A stretch of DNA of 64,000 bases from assembly GCA_964627205.1 (NCBI GenBank), contig CAZVHI010000007.1, positions 7,412 through 71,411 on the forward strand, written 5' to 3'. The translations under genes were made by a program, and so were the position numbers. This document shows, in pieces, positions 18,189-27,490 of the stretch (the stretch's first letter is position 1; each line of letters opens with the position of its first letter). The notes under the pieces are model-generated. The model was not told the DNA's origin and ran no database searches. It saw only the letters and a program-made list of their open reading frames with translations. The DNA is from an uncultured bacterium. GTDB taxonomy: Bacteria; Krumholzibacteriota; Krumholzibacteriia; JACNKJ01.

Positions 18189-19630
18189 TCGCTCACCCCC
18201 ACTCGCATCTTGCGGAAGCGGGTCGGCGCCGAGCCGTGGGTCATCCGGGCGATCTGCCCGGGCTCTCCCTTGCCGCAGTTCATCACGCCGAAGGGCCGCC
18301 ACCAGCTCTCGTTGCACACAGCGTCGCAGGACGCCCAGAAGTCCGGGGTGCGGCTCTGGTAGGTGCAGCCCTTCAGCATGCGCGCCTTCTTGCCGCTTTT
18401 AATCTCCCAGCCGATCTCCGTCGAGAACTGGAAGTTGAGTCGCATCTGGTCGATGCTCCAGCTGCGATTGGTCTCCATCCAGATGCCGTCCTCCGTGTCG
18501 GCGATCAGGTCGTCGAGCTCCCAGCTGCCGGGCGCGATCCCCAGGTTAGGGATGCGGATGATGGGCACGCGGTTCCAGCCCTCGGCGCGGTTGCAGCCGC
18601 GACTGCGTTCGTTCCCCTCGACCTGCGCGAGCTCTCGGCTCGTGAGATAGGCCTTGAAGCCACCGTTCTCCACGACGTGCCAGCGTTGCGCGGCCACGCC
18701 CTCGTCGTCCCAGCCGCGCGTCGCGAGCCCGCGCTCGAGCGTACTGTCGGCCACGAGGTTGACGTGCTCCGAGCCGTAGCGGAAGTCGCCCAGCTTCTCG
18801 GGTGTGAGGAAACTGCGGCCGGCGAAGTTGGCCTCCATCCCCAGCACGCGGTCCAGCTCGCTGGCGTGGCCGCAGGACTCGTGGATCTGCAGGGCCATCT
18901 GCGACCAGTCCAGGATGATGTCGCGCTCGCCCACCGGGCAGGTATCCGCCGAGAGCAGGGCCACGGCCTCGCCCGCGATCCGCTCGGCGTTCTCCTCCAT
19001 CTCGTACTCGGCCAGGACCTCGTAGCCGGCGCCGAGGTGCATGCCGCCCGCGGAGTTCGGGAAGCTGCGCCGCTGGATCGTGTTGCCGTCCGCGGCGACG
19101 ACCATGATGCCTCCGCCGCTGGCCAGCAGGTCCTGCTCGAGCTCTGCGCCCTCGCTGGAGACGAAGAGGATCTTCTGCTGATCGAAGAGCATTTGGGCCT
19201 GACCGACCTGCACGCGTTCGTCCATGTGCAGTTCGCGCTCGAGCCGGTAGAGCAGTGAGAGCTTGTCGTCGCGCGATACCGTGAACGGGTCGATGGCCCG
19301 GGGCGTGGACCAGCTCCCCTGCTGCGCGGGCTCGCGCGCCAGCTCGACGGGCTCGGTCATCACGCGGGCGCTGGCCTCGGCGATGGCGACGGCCCGTACC
19401 GCCGCTTCGCTCAAGCTGTCCGCCTCGAGGCGGTCAGTGGAGGCGAAGCCCCAGGCGCCGCTTTTCAGGACACGGATCCCCACGCCCTGGCTCGAGCGCA
19501 TCTCCGCCTGCGACAGGGAGCCGTTCTTCACGACGAGCTCTTCGCTCCGCCCCTGGACCCAGCGCGCGTCGGCGTAGTCGGCGCCGCGCGACCGGGCGGT
19601 GTCCACTGCCGCTCGAACCCTTTCCTTCAT
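18185..19630 (-). CDS. tldD: TldD family metalloprotease
   Basis: GIRVLKSGAWGFA, IHESCGHASELDR (HExxGH), WDDEG, PIIRIPN, CGKGEPGQ. Confidence 0.9.
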   Translation of the reverse strand: MKERVRAAVDTARSRGADYADARWVQGRSEELVVKNGSLSQAEMRSSQGVGIRVLKSGAWGFASTDRLEADSLSEAAVRAVAIAEASARVMTEPVELAREPAQQGSWSTPRAIDPFTVSRDDKLSLLYRLERELHMDERVQVGQAQMLFDQQKILFVSSEGAELEQDLLASGGGIMVVAADGNTIQRRSFPNSAGGMHLGAGYEVLAEYEMEENAERIAGEAVALLSADTCPVGERDIILDWSQMALQIHESCGHASELDRVLGMEANFAGRSFLTPEKLGDFRYGSEHVNLVADSTLERGLATRGWDDEGVAAQRWHVVENGGFKAYLTSRELAQVEGNERSRGCNRAEGWNRVPIIRIPNLGIAPGSWELDDLIADTEDGIWMETNRSWSIDQMRLNFQFSTEIGWEIKSGKKARMLKGCTYQSRTPDFWASCDAVCNESWWRPFGVMNCGKGEPGQIARMTHGSAPTRFRKMRVGVSE

Positions 19631-19755
19631 GGACTACCCCCTGGAGTATCCTCGCACTCCGCAGCTGCGATGGGACAGGTTCACCGTGGGCGACCGCCCA
19701 CGGCCGCATGATGCCGGAGGGAATAGCTTTTGTCTAGTGCTAGTGGGAATGGGGC

Positions 19756-20898
19756 TCAGCGGCCGGGGCGGTAGCGCTCGATGGGTCGGGCCAGCTCGCG
19801 CTTCTTGCGCTGGTTCTGCACGAGCAGGTAGCCGGTGACCAAGAGCACGAGAAGCGCGAAGAGGAAACCCCGGCGATTGGCCGAGAAGAAGTTGCTCGGC
19901 CACCAGAAGCGCAACTCCGAGCCATCGTAGCGATAGCGGCCGCCGGAAACATCGAGGCGGACGTGCGCCGTCTCGACCCGATAGCTCCCGTGGAGCTCGT
20001 ACTCCCCGAACTGGGGCTTGAGGATCTCGTCCTCGTGTTGCAGCGTGAGAGCCTTGTCGGGCTCGACCACCTGGAGGAGATTCTGTTCGGGTGTGTGCAG
20101 CACTGGCAGATCCCGCACCTCGAAGCGCCGGCCCTCTCCCCAGTCCACAACCAGACCCTCGGGATAGAGCCAGTGCTCGCTGTCCGGCCGGTCCGCCGCG
20201 GTGGGGAACTCCAGGTCCAGGATCTTCCAGAAGCCGTACTTGACGGAGATCAGTCGGCCGGGCTGCGCGAGGAAATTCTGCACCTCCGCCAGACGGCGAC
20301 GCTGCCAGCGCTCCACCTCCCGCTCGGCTGCGAAGTAGAGCGCCGGAAAATCCGCCCCCCGCTTGAGCTCGATGAGCGAGAGGCCCGGCGTCTCCCCCAG
20401 CGCCCGCGCCAGGAGAAGGACCGGGTCACCAGGATCCCCGCAGGCACTCGCACCGAGCGCGGACAGATGCCACTCCGCCAGGATCCCCTCGGCCAGGCAG
20501 GGGACGGGACCGTAGCGGCCACTCGTGAGGCTGTCGCAGATCGCGAGCAGCTCCGCGTTCGTGGGCGCGAGATCCTCGAAGAGACAAGCCCCGCGGCGTC
20601 TGCGGATCACTTCCCCGGCCGGAGGTGCGTCGCCCGTGTCGCGGAGTTCGCGCATGCGCGCCCAGCGTCCCGGGCCCTCCCCTGCCGGCCTCCCGGCGAG
20701 AGCGTCCCTCGTCCACTCCGCCAGGTAGTCCCACTCGAGCAGGCGCAGGGCGAGCTGCGTGGGATCCTCTGGATCGAGCAGCTCCACCCCGCCCGCCGCC
20801 CATGCGGCCAGGTCCCGAGTGTTCCCGGCCCGGTCCTCGTCCCCGGCCTGCGCCGGGAGAGGCAGTAGGAGCAGGATCGCAAGCAGGATCTTCAGCAC
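19756..20898 (-). CDS. Hypothetical exported protein with a C-terminal membrane anchor
   Basis: Signal peptide MLKILLAILLLLPLPAQA; C-terminal TM GFLFALLVLLVTGYLL followed by a basic tail; overlaps the upstream stop. Confidence 0.7.
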   Translation of the reverse strand: MLKILLAILLLLPLPAQAGDEDRAGNTRDLAAWAAGGVELLDPEDPTQLALRLLEWDYLAEWTRDALAGRPAGEGPGRWARMRELRDTGDAPPAGEVIRRRRGACLFEDLAPTNAELLAICDSLTSGRYGPVPCLAEGILAEWHLSALGASACGDPGDPVLLLARALGETPGLSLIELKRGADFPALYFAAEREVERWQRRRLAEVQNFLAQPGRLISVKYGFWKILDLEFPTAADRPDSEHWLYPEGLVVDWGEGRRFEVRDLPVLHTPEQNLLQVVEPDKALTLQHEDEILKPQFGEYELHGSYRVETAHVRLDVSGGRYRYDGSELRFWWPSNFFSANRRGFLFALLVLLVTGYLLVQNQRKKRELARPIERYRPGR

Positions 20899-21212
20899 GC
20901 GTCCCTCCCCCGCCGGGCGATCAGCTGCCAGTAGTGATCGAGGACCCGGGCCAGTCCCTCGAGCGCCTCCTCCGGGCTGCGGATCCGGGCCTCCCAGTTC
21001 GGGTCCGATCCCGTCTGGAGCCGGAAGAGATCCCGGTGCGGAAAGATGACTGCCAAGAGCTCGCCCTCGAGCCGGTACTCCCGGCGGAATCCGCTCTCCT
21101 CCAGACGGACGGCGGGATCCAGCTGCCGGAGCTGACGGTCGAGACGGCGCAGGAGCACGGCCACCACCGGCTCCATCTCCGGCCCGTGCACGATGACCGG
21201 CTCGGGATTCAC
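20892..21212 (-). CDS. Hypothetical small cytoplasmic protein
   Basis: 106-aa ORF whose ends overlap both co-directional neighbours; no family recognised. Confidence 0.6.
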   Translation of the reverse strand: MNPEPVIVHGPEMEPVVAVLLRRLDRQLRQLDPAVRLEESGFRREYRLEGELLAVIFPHRDLFRLQTGSDPNWEARIRSPEEALEGLARVLDHYWQLIARRGRDAC

Positions 21213-21934
21213 AGCTCCGCTCCTTCCTCCGGAGGCGGCTCGGGCTTCGCGTTCAGGTGACGGAGGGCCTCGAGGTAACCGCGGTAGGGCCTGCGGATCC
21301 TTTCTCCCCCGGAAAGGAGGGGAGACAGGGAGGGACGCTCCGGTTCCAGGAGCGCGCCCACAGGCAGGCTGCCCCAGACGCCGAAGGCCTCGGGCCGCGG
21401 GGGCGGGAACCCACCCAGTCCCAGCAGGAAGAGCGGATCGCCCCCGTGTGGCCGGGGATCGGCGAAGCTGCCTTCCGAAGGTCCCTCCTCGAGGTAGAGC
21501 CAGGACGCGCGCCTACGCCCCGGTGGATCCAGCGCAAAGACCCAGCGGAGGGAGCGGTGCCGGGACAGCAGGGGAAGCAGGGCATGCGGCGCAAGGGTCA
21601 GCCCCGGCCGGGGCTCGATGGCGACGGCTGACGCACCGGCGTCGAAGCGCAGCCCCAGGTGGCCGGGCCCGGCTCCGAGGAATCGCGCCGCCGCGGGCAG
21701 TCGTGCCGCGGAGACGGCCAGAAGCGCGGGTTCGTCCGACTCGGCCGCGCAGAGGGCCAGGTTGACGGCGAAGGGGAGAGGCCAGGGGCTCGACGGTGTG
21801 CCGGCGATCGCGACCTCGTGGCAGGGCGGCCGGGACGGCAGGGGCCGGTCGGGATCCGTCGCGCTGCTCAGGAAGTACTTCCGGACGCTGCGAATGTGGT
21901 TCTTCCTGCGGCCGGGAGTCCCCGCGAGGGCCAT
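21209..21934 (-). CDS. Hypothetical protein, possibly a degenerate (P-loop-less) MinD/ParA-fold protein
   Basis: RBS GAGGAG; starts 13 nt after the ParA-CBM stop. The segment VAIAG-TPSSPWPLP-FAVNLALCAAESDEPALL resembles the MinD N-terminus without the Walker A. Fold call is inference. Confidence 0.55.
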   Translation of the reverse strand: MALAGTPGRRKNHIRSVRKYFLSSATDPDRPLPSRPPCHEVAIAGTPSSPWPLPFAVNLALCAAESDEPALLAVSAARLPAAARFLGAGPGHLGLRFDAGASAVAIEPRPGLTLAPHALLPLLSRHRSLRWVFALDPPGRRRASWLYLEEGPSEGSFADPRPHGGDPLFLLGLGGFPPPRPEAFGVWGSLPVGALLEPERPSLSPLLSGGERIRRPYRGYLEALRHLNAKPEPPPEEGAEL

Positions 21935-21947
21935 GGCTGCGATCTCC

Positions 21948-23027
21948 TCAGGATACGACGAGCAGCGAGTTCTCCAGCCCCATGTCGTTGACCGCCGTCT
22001 CCTGGTGTTCGGGATCCGTCACCCAGCGCCCGTCGATGATGTAACGATACTCGTAGCTGCCGGGGATGAGCGGGAGCACGACCTGCCAAACGCCGGGGCG
22101 CTCGGGCAGAGGCTCCAGGGGGATGCCGCCCGGATTCCAGTGGTTGAAATCCCCGGTCAGGTAGACCTCGCTGGCGTCGGGAGCGCGCAGCGTGAAGCGG
22201 ATGCCGTCGGTGCAGGGCTGGGGCCCGAAGAGCAGCTCCTCCAGCTCGACGTCGCGCTCGAACTTCAACTCCGCGAGGCGCCCCCAGAGCTCCTCGGCGA
22301 GGCCCTCGAAGTCCAGGCGCACCGGTCCGGCCTTCGACAGTCGCGTGACGGGCACGCCCCCCGCGGCAGCCATCTTCACGCGCACGCTCGAGCGCACGCG
22401 CGTCTCGAGCAGGTTGATGCGATCGCGCCGGGTCAAGGTCTCGTAGAGCTCCCGGCTGAAGAGTGTGCGGCGGTTGAACTGGTTCGCCACGACGAAGCAA
22501 GGCGGCTTCTTGCCGGTCTCTTCCTCCAGGACCTCCAGGGTCTCGAGGATCTTCTCGAGGCCGTGAAGGGTATATGTGCTGCTGTCCACGGGGACCAGCA
22601 GCGCGTCCGCTGCGACGAGGGCGTTGAACGTGAGCAGGCCGACCGATGGCGCCGTGTCGACGACGATCCAGTCGTAATCCTCCCCGTGCCTCAGGAGGGC
22701 CGAGAGGAGCCGGCTCTCGCGCCCCGGCTGCCGCGCGAGCTCCTGCTCCGCAGCGGAGAGGATAATCCCGCTCGGCACGACGTCCAGGTTCTCGTCGATG
22801 CGGACCGCGGTCTGATCGAAGGGCGCCGCGGAGTCGAGGAGCATGTCGTAGGCGCCCAGGTCCCGGTCCTCGGCCTGGATCCCCAGGCCCAGCGAGGCAT
22901 GACCCTGGGGGTCGAGGTCAACGAGCAGGACCCGGAAACCCTCCTTCGCCCAGGCTGCAGCCAGGTGGATGGCGATGGTGGTCTTCCCGCACCCACCCTT
23001 CTGGTTGACGACAGCGAGTACATTCAT
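21948..23027 (-). CDS. ParA/Soj family ATPase fused to a C-terminal glycogen-binding (CBM48 / AMPK-beta-like) domain
   Basis: ATG at 23027 behind CAGGAGG. NQKGGCGKTT, LVDLDPQG, IVVDTAP. C-terminal FTLRAPDASEVYLTGDFNHWN...GVWQVVLPLIPGSYEYRYIIDGRWVTDP. Confidence 0.88.
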   Translation of the reverse strand: MNVLAVVNQKGGCGKTTIAIHLAAAWAKEGFRVLLVDLDPQGHASLGLGIQAEDRDLGAYDMLLDSAAPFDQTAVRIDENLDVVPSGIILSAAEQELARQPGRESRLLSALLRHGEDYDWIVVDTAPSVGLLTFNALVAADALLVPVDSSTYTLHGLEKILETLEVLEEETGKKPPCFVVANQFNRRTLFSRELYETLTRRDRINLLETRVRSSVRVKMAAAGGVPVTRLSKAGPVRLDFEGLAEELWGRLAELKFERDVELEELLFGPQPCTDGIRFTLRAPDASEVYLTGDFNHWNPGGIPLEPLPERPGVWQVVLPLIPGSYEYRYIIDGRWVTDPEHQETAVNDMGLENSLLVVS

Positions 23028-23139
23028 CCTGAAAACCTCCTGAGCAAGGCCGTTTGGGAAGCCACTCAGGGGACCCGGTCGTTCCAATCCGCAGGTCGGG
23101 CTGGGGTCTCCTTCGCCTGCATCTTTTCAGGGAGCTAAA

Positions 23140-23162
23140 GAAACTGTCAAGAAGAACTTGAC
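23140..23162 (-). promoter_or_regulatory. Palindrome GTCAAG-N5-CTTGAC: weak terminator and/or -35 box (TTGACA) upstream of the ParA-CBM gene
   Basis: Arms at 23146-51 and 23157-62. On the minus strand it is followed by AGTTTCTTT and contains a perfect TTGACA at 23150-45. Confidence 0.45.
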
Positions 23163-23178
23163 GCAGGAGGCAGCTCGC

Positions 23179-23607
23179 TCAGCTTCGCACGAGGAGAAGA
23201 GTGAGAACGAGGCCGAGCAGGAAGCCGCCGAAGACCTCGCTCCACGTGTGGCCGAGCAGCTCGCGTGTCTTCTCGCGCGCGAAGTGGCGCGAATCGATGA
23301 GCTCGTCGAGGATCTCGTTGAGCACACGGGCCTGTTTGCCGACTTCCTGGCGCAGTCCCGTCGCCTCGAGGATGAAGTAGAGACTGAGAACGGCTGTGAC
23401 CGCGAAGAGCGCGGAGTCGAAGCCGGCGACGCGCCCCGCGCCCACGGCGAGAGCCGTGACCACGGCCGTGTGGCTGCTGGGCATCCCCCCCGTCTCGAAG
23501 AAGCGGTAGAGCTTCAGTCGGCGCTCGCGAACGCTCTCCACGACGACCTTGTAGAGCTGAGCCGCGATGCCGCCGGCGAGGGCCGCCCAGAGGATGGGAT
23601 GGATCAT
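23179..23607 (-). CDS. Divergent PAP2 family protein (DUF212)
   Basis: ATGA overlap. AQLYK, ETGGMPSSHTA, EATGLRQEVG, LGHTWSEV. Confidence 0.92.
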   Translation of the reverse strand: MIHPILWAALAGGIAAQLYKVVVESVRERRLKLYRFFETGGMPSSHTAVVTALAVGAGRVAGFDSALFAVTAVLSLYFILEATGLRQEVGKQARVLNEILDELIDSRHFAREKTRELLGHTWSEVFGGFLLGLVLTLLLVRS

Positions 23608-24872
23608 GCCGCCTCCTCCTCGACGATTCGGCCGCGCAGGCGCCTCGTGATCTCGAACCAACCTGTGACCGCGAAGACGAGCAGAAGCGGTTCGATCTCC
23701 CAGCGGAAGCGGCTGCGGACGAAGTAGCTACCATAGAGCAGCGAGTACTCCGTGAAAAGGAAGAAGGCGGGCAGCAGGCGCCGCCAGCGCCAGCGCCAGA
23801 ACCACACGCCCGCGACGGCGAAGGGCAGGATGAAGGCGTAGAAGGTCTGGTAGGCGATGCTCCAGCGCTCGGGATAGCCGAAGCGGGCCACGTCCTGGCA
23901 CCACCAGAAGTAGTAGATCTTCTTGAGGAAGAGGCTGAAGTAGTAGCCCGGTCTCTCCCGGATATAGGAGAAGGCCCGCATGTAGAACCAGGTCTGTAGC
24001 TCGGGTTCCGGCAGGGATTCGACGATTTCCCGGTCGACCACCTGCCAGAAGTTCTCCTCCTCGGTGAAAGCGCCCCAGGTGTAGCCGCCCGCGAAGGGGT
24101 TGTTGCCGACCAGGAAGTTGAAGCCGCCGTTGCTGCTCGTCAGCAGCAGCGTGTCATGGACCCGGGCGTTGCGGATCACCCAGGGGCTCCAGGCGAGCGC
24201 CAGCAGGAGCAGATAGGAGACGGTGCGGCGGAGACGTCCCGGATTCGGGTAACGCCAGAGCCGGAACAGGAAGAGGATCCCGAGCAGGGCTAGCGGCGGC
24301 GAGGTGAGGATGGCCAGTCCGTGCAGGATCCCAGTGAGCCCTCCGATCAGGAGGGGTCTCGGCCCCTGCACGCGGTCCATGATGTTCATCAGGATCAGGA
24401 CGAAGGTCATGATGAAGGTCGTCGAGAAAATGGCCAGGCTGTAGATCGCGAACAGCGGGTAGGCCAGCAGCAGGACGAAGCTCCAGATCATGGCGCGGCG
24501 GCCGAACCAGCGTCCGGCCAGTTCGGCGGCCAGGATTGCGTTGGCCAGCGAGGCCAGGATCTGGATCACGCGCAGGCACGAGACCCAGTGCACGGACACC
24601 ATCTTCAGCAGGGCCATCAGGCAGGGATAGAGGGGCGGGATGAAGCTGCGAATCGGAACGTCGCAGTAGTAGAAGGGCATGAAATAGCCGCGCCCCGCCA
24701 CGATGTTGTCGGAGATCACGCCCGCCTCGAAGCCGTGCACCGGCAGCTTGTCGCCCAGGAGGATCCAGGCCAGGAGACGCAGCGCGAGGCCGGCCAGAAG
24801 GCCCAGGACCAACAGCTGCCGGGGCAATTCACGGGCGCCCGACTCGCGGATCCGAGGACGCGGGGTGGCCAT
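23604..24872 (-). CDS. ArnT/PMT-like (GT-C, GT39/83) membrane glycosyltransferase
   Basis: ATG at 24872 behind GAGGA; multiple TMs. NIVAGRGY, SFIPPLYPCLMA, PWVIRN...SSNGGFNFLVGNN, SRFRWEIEP. Confidence 0.75.
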   Translation of the reverse strand: MATPRPRIRESGARELPRQLLVLGLLAGLALRLLAWILLGDKLPVHGFEAGVISDNIVAGRGYFMPFYYCDVPIRSFIPPLYPCLMALLKMVSVHWVSCLRVIQILASLANAILAAELAGRWFGRRAMIWSFVLLLAYPLFAIYSLAIFSTTFIMTFVLILMNIMDRVQGPRPLLIGGLTGILHGLAILTSPPLALLGILFLFRLWRYPNPGRLRRTVSYLLLLALAWSPWVIRNARVHDTLLLTSSNGGFNFLVGNNPFAGGYTWGAFTEEENFWQVVDREIVESLPEPELQTWFYMRAFSYIRERPGYYFSLFLKKIYYFWWCQDVARFGYPERWSIAYQTFYAFILPFAVAGVWFWRWRWRRLLPAFFLFTEYSLLYGSYFVRSRFRWEIEPLLLVFAVTGWFEITRRLRGRIVEEEAA

Positions 24873-24897
24873 CAGCTTCCTCATGCCGCTGCCCGTC

Positions 24898-25401
24898 TCA
24901 TGCGTCTGCCAGCAGCTCCGCCAGCTTCCGGGCCGCCTCTTCCGGCGTGGCCACGGGAGTCAGCCGGTCGGCGCGGCGGTCGTCGATCGCCTGGCCGGCG
25001 AGACGATCGCTCCAGCCGCCCAGCCCCGTCGCCGCCAGGATCGGCTTGCCGTAGCTCCAGGCGTAGGCGATCTCGGTCAGCGTGCCCGCGCGGCCGCCGA
25101 TGGCCACCACCGCGTCGCCCGTCAGCGCCGTGAGGCTGTTGCGCGTCCAGCCCATGCCGGTGGGCACCAGCAGGTGGCAGTAGGGATTGCCGGCGCTGTC
25201 GTCGCCCGTGGGCAGGATGCCCAGCACGAGGCCCCCCGCCTCGCGGCAGCCCTTGCTCGCCGCCTCCATGATCCCCTGCCGTCCCCCGGAGACCAGGGCC
25301 CAGCCCTTTTCTCCGATGAGGCGTCCCAGTTCCTCCGCGAAGGCGAGCGCTGCGTCCGAGGCCTCCGCGTCGCCGATGATGGCTACCTGTCGCTGTCTCA
25401 C
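24898..25401 (-). CDS. TIGR00725 / LOG-family Rossmann-fold protein
   Basis: GTG start overlapping the upstream stop, behind AAAGGAG. VSGGRQGIMEAASKG, LGILP, TGMGWTRN, IGGRAGTLTEI. Confidence 0.88.
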   Translation of the reverse strand: MRQRQVAIIGDAEASDAALAFAEELGRLIGEKGWALVSGGRQGIMEAASKGCREAGGLVLGILPTGDDSAGNPYCHLLVPTGMGWTRNSLTALTGDAVVAIGGRAGTLTEIAYAWSYGKPILAATGLGGWSDRLAGQAIDDRRADRLTPVATPEEAARKLAELLADA

Positions 25402-26438
25402 TCCGCGCTCCTTTCCACTCCCAGTCCGGGACCGTCGGCGGGCAGCAGCCCGCCCTCGCCATGCCGCAGGCCCCGGTAGGGATCGCTCTCGATCAGGAGA
25501 AATCCGTCCAGGTCGGCCCAGCGCAGCAGGGGCAGGAGCTGGGCGCCCTGGGCGATGCCCAGGCTGCTCTCGATCATGCAACCCATCATGAGGTCCAGCC
25601 CCGCGCCGCGCGCCCGCTCAGCGAGCGCAGCGCAGCGGGCGATGCCGCCGCACTTGGAGATCTTCAGGTTGACGCCGTCGGCGTACTCGCCGAAGACCTC
25701 CAGGCTCAGCTCGTCGCGGACGCTCTCGTCCAGGACGACGGGCAGCGGGCAGCGGCCGGCGATCTCGCGGTAGCCCGCGAGGTCGTCCCATTCCAGGGGC
25801 TGCTCCACGAACTCCACCCCCGCCAGGGCGAGGCGTTCCATCTTCGCCAGCGCCTCGCTCGCCCGCCAGGCGCCGTTGGCGTCGACGCGGATGCGCGCGC
25901 CCGTGGCGGCCGCGATGCGCAGGGCGACGTCGATGTCGTCGGAGCTGCCGGCCTTGAGCTTGAGGATGGTAAAGCCCTCGCCCACCGCCTCCGTCGCGCG
26001 GGCCAGCATCACCTCGGGCTCGGCCAGGGCGACAGTGAAAGATGTCTCCAGCGGCACGGGCGTTTCCAGCCCCAGCACACGCCAGACCGGCTCGCCGCGC
26101 TGTTTGCCGCAGAGGTCCCAGAGGGCTCCGTCCAGAGCCGCCTTGGCGGCGGGATGGCCGGCGAGGATGCGGTCCGCCTCGCCTAAGATCTCCTCGATAC
26201 CCCGCCGGTCGAGTCCGGCCAGGTCACGGTCGGGCAGGGCCTCGGCGAACCGCGCCAGCGCGGCCAGGGTGATCTCCAGCGTCTCGCCGTAGTAGTGCGT
26301 GGGCGAGCCCTCGCCCTCGGCGACGATCCCCTCCCAGTCGATGCGCAGGCGGACGTTGCGAAATTCCGAGCCACCGCCGCGGGCGATGATGAAGGGATGC
26401 ATCGTACGCAACGCGAGGACGTCGATCGCGAAGTTCAT
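25398..26438 (-). CDS. Dipeptide epimerase / enolase superfamily (L-Ala-D/L-Glu epimerase or DgcA-like racemase)
   Basis: ATGA overlap. [61 protein letters not shown]. Confidence 0.9.
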   Translation of the reverse strand: MNFAIDVLALRTMHPFIIARGGGSEFRNVRLRIDWEGIVAEGEGSPTHYYGETLEITLAALARFAEALPDRDLAGLDRRGIEEILGEADRILAGHPAAKAALDGALWDLCGKQRGEPVWRVLGLETPVPLETSFTVALAEPEVMLARATEAVGEGFTILKLKAGSSDDIDVALRIAAATGARIRVDANGAWRASEALAKMERLALAGVEFVEQPLEWDDLAGYREIAGRCPLPVVLDESVRDELSLEVFGEYADGVNLKISKCGGIARCAALAERARGAGLDLMMGCMIESSLGIAQGAQLLPLLRWADLDGFLLIESDPYRGLRHGEGGLLPADGPGLGVERSAE

Positions 26439-27490
26439 TCCCATGTCTCCAGTGCGCGGGCGAACTCCCCGGCGCCGAAGCGCAGAGGATCGGTGACGGG
26501 CAGCGCCAGCTCGCGTGCCGCGTCCTCGCAGGCTTGCCGCGCCGCATCGTCGTTCATTTTCTCCGTGCGCAGGGCCAGGCCCACGACGGGTGCAGGCTTG
26601 AGCCAGCCGGCCGCCGCCTCGACGGCTTCCCGGATCCGGCCCAGCGGCAGCAGGGGCCAGCCGTCGGTGTGGGAGACCGTCTCGCGCGCGGCCTCGTGGC
26701 AGAGCAGGATCGCGTCGGGCGCGCAGCCGTGGAGCAGCCCCAGGCTGACGCCCGAGAAGGCCGGGTGCCCGAGCGCGCCCTGCCCCTCGACCACGATCCA
26801 GTCCGCGGCCGGCTCGCGGGCGTCCTCCTCGTCCAGCGCGGCGCGCATGCCGCCGGCCACGAAGTCCGCCGGCAGGGCGTCGACGCAGATCCCTCGCCCG
26901 GTCAGGAAGACGCCCGTCTGCCCCGTGGCGACGACGCGCGCCTCGCGCCCCTTCGCACGCAGCGCGCCTGCGAGGCAGAAGGAGGCGGTCATCTTGCCGA
27001 CGTTGCAGTCGCTGCCCGCGGTGAGCAGCACGCGCGCGCGTCGCTCCCGGGGCGGCGTGCCGATCGCGAGGCCGGCCGGGGGCTTGCGCAGGTCCCAGAT
27101 GCGGGCTCCGTACCGCGCGGCGAGGTCCGCCCATTCGCCCTCGTCGCCGAGGAAGCGGTGCAGCCCGCTGGCGACGTCGAGGCCGGCGGCGAGAGCGTCG
27201 CGGAGGAAGCGCTCGTAGCTCGGTGGCAGTGCACCCCCCGCGGGCGCGACGCCAACCAGCAGGCCATCGGGCGCGGGCGAGAGCGCCAGGCCATCTGCCA
27301 CATTGCCCACGATGGGAACGTCCCCGCCGAAGCCCAGGCGCTCCGCGCAGGTCCCGCCCGCCAGCTCGCGGTCGACGAGGGCTGTCACTCGCTCGGGCTG
27401 GAAACGGAGGACGCCGAACGCGGTCTTCGCGCTCAGGCGGCTCAGCTCGCCGTCGGCAAGGATCAGGATGTGACGGAAGCCACCCTTCAA
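26435..27490 (-). CDS. DUF1611 domain-containing protein (DgcN-like N-acetyltransferase family)
   Basis: TTGA overlap. [41 protein letters not shown]. Confidence 0.9.
   Translation of the reverse strand: MKGGFRHILILADGELSRLSAKTAFGVLRFQPERVTALVDRELAGGTCAERLGFGGDVPIVGNVADGLALSPAPDGLLVGVAPAGGALPPSYERFLRDALAAGLDVASGLHRFLGDEGEWADLAARYGARIWDLRKPPAGLAIGTPPRERRARVLLTAGSDCNVGKMTASFCLAGALRAKGREARVVATGQTGVFLTGRGICVDALPADFVAGGMRAALDEEDAREPAADWIVVEGQGALGHPAFSGVSLGLLHGCAPDAILLCHEAARETVSHTDGWPLLPLGRIREAVEAAAGWLKPAPVVGLALRTEKMNDDAARQACEDAARELALPVTDPLRFGAGEFARALETWE

Noticed and set aside
19684-19703. 8-bp hairpin CCGTGGGC-GACC-GCCCACGG upstream of tldD
   Set aside because: No U-tract and no recognisable riboswitch context; short GC stems are common by chance here.
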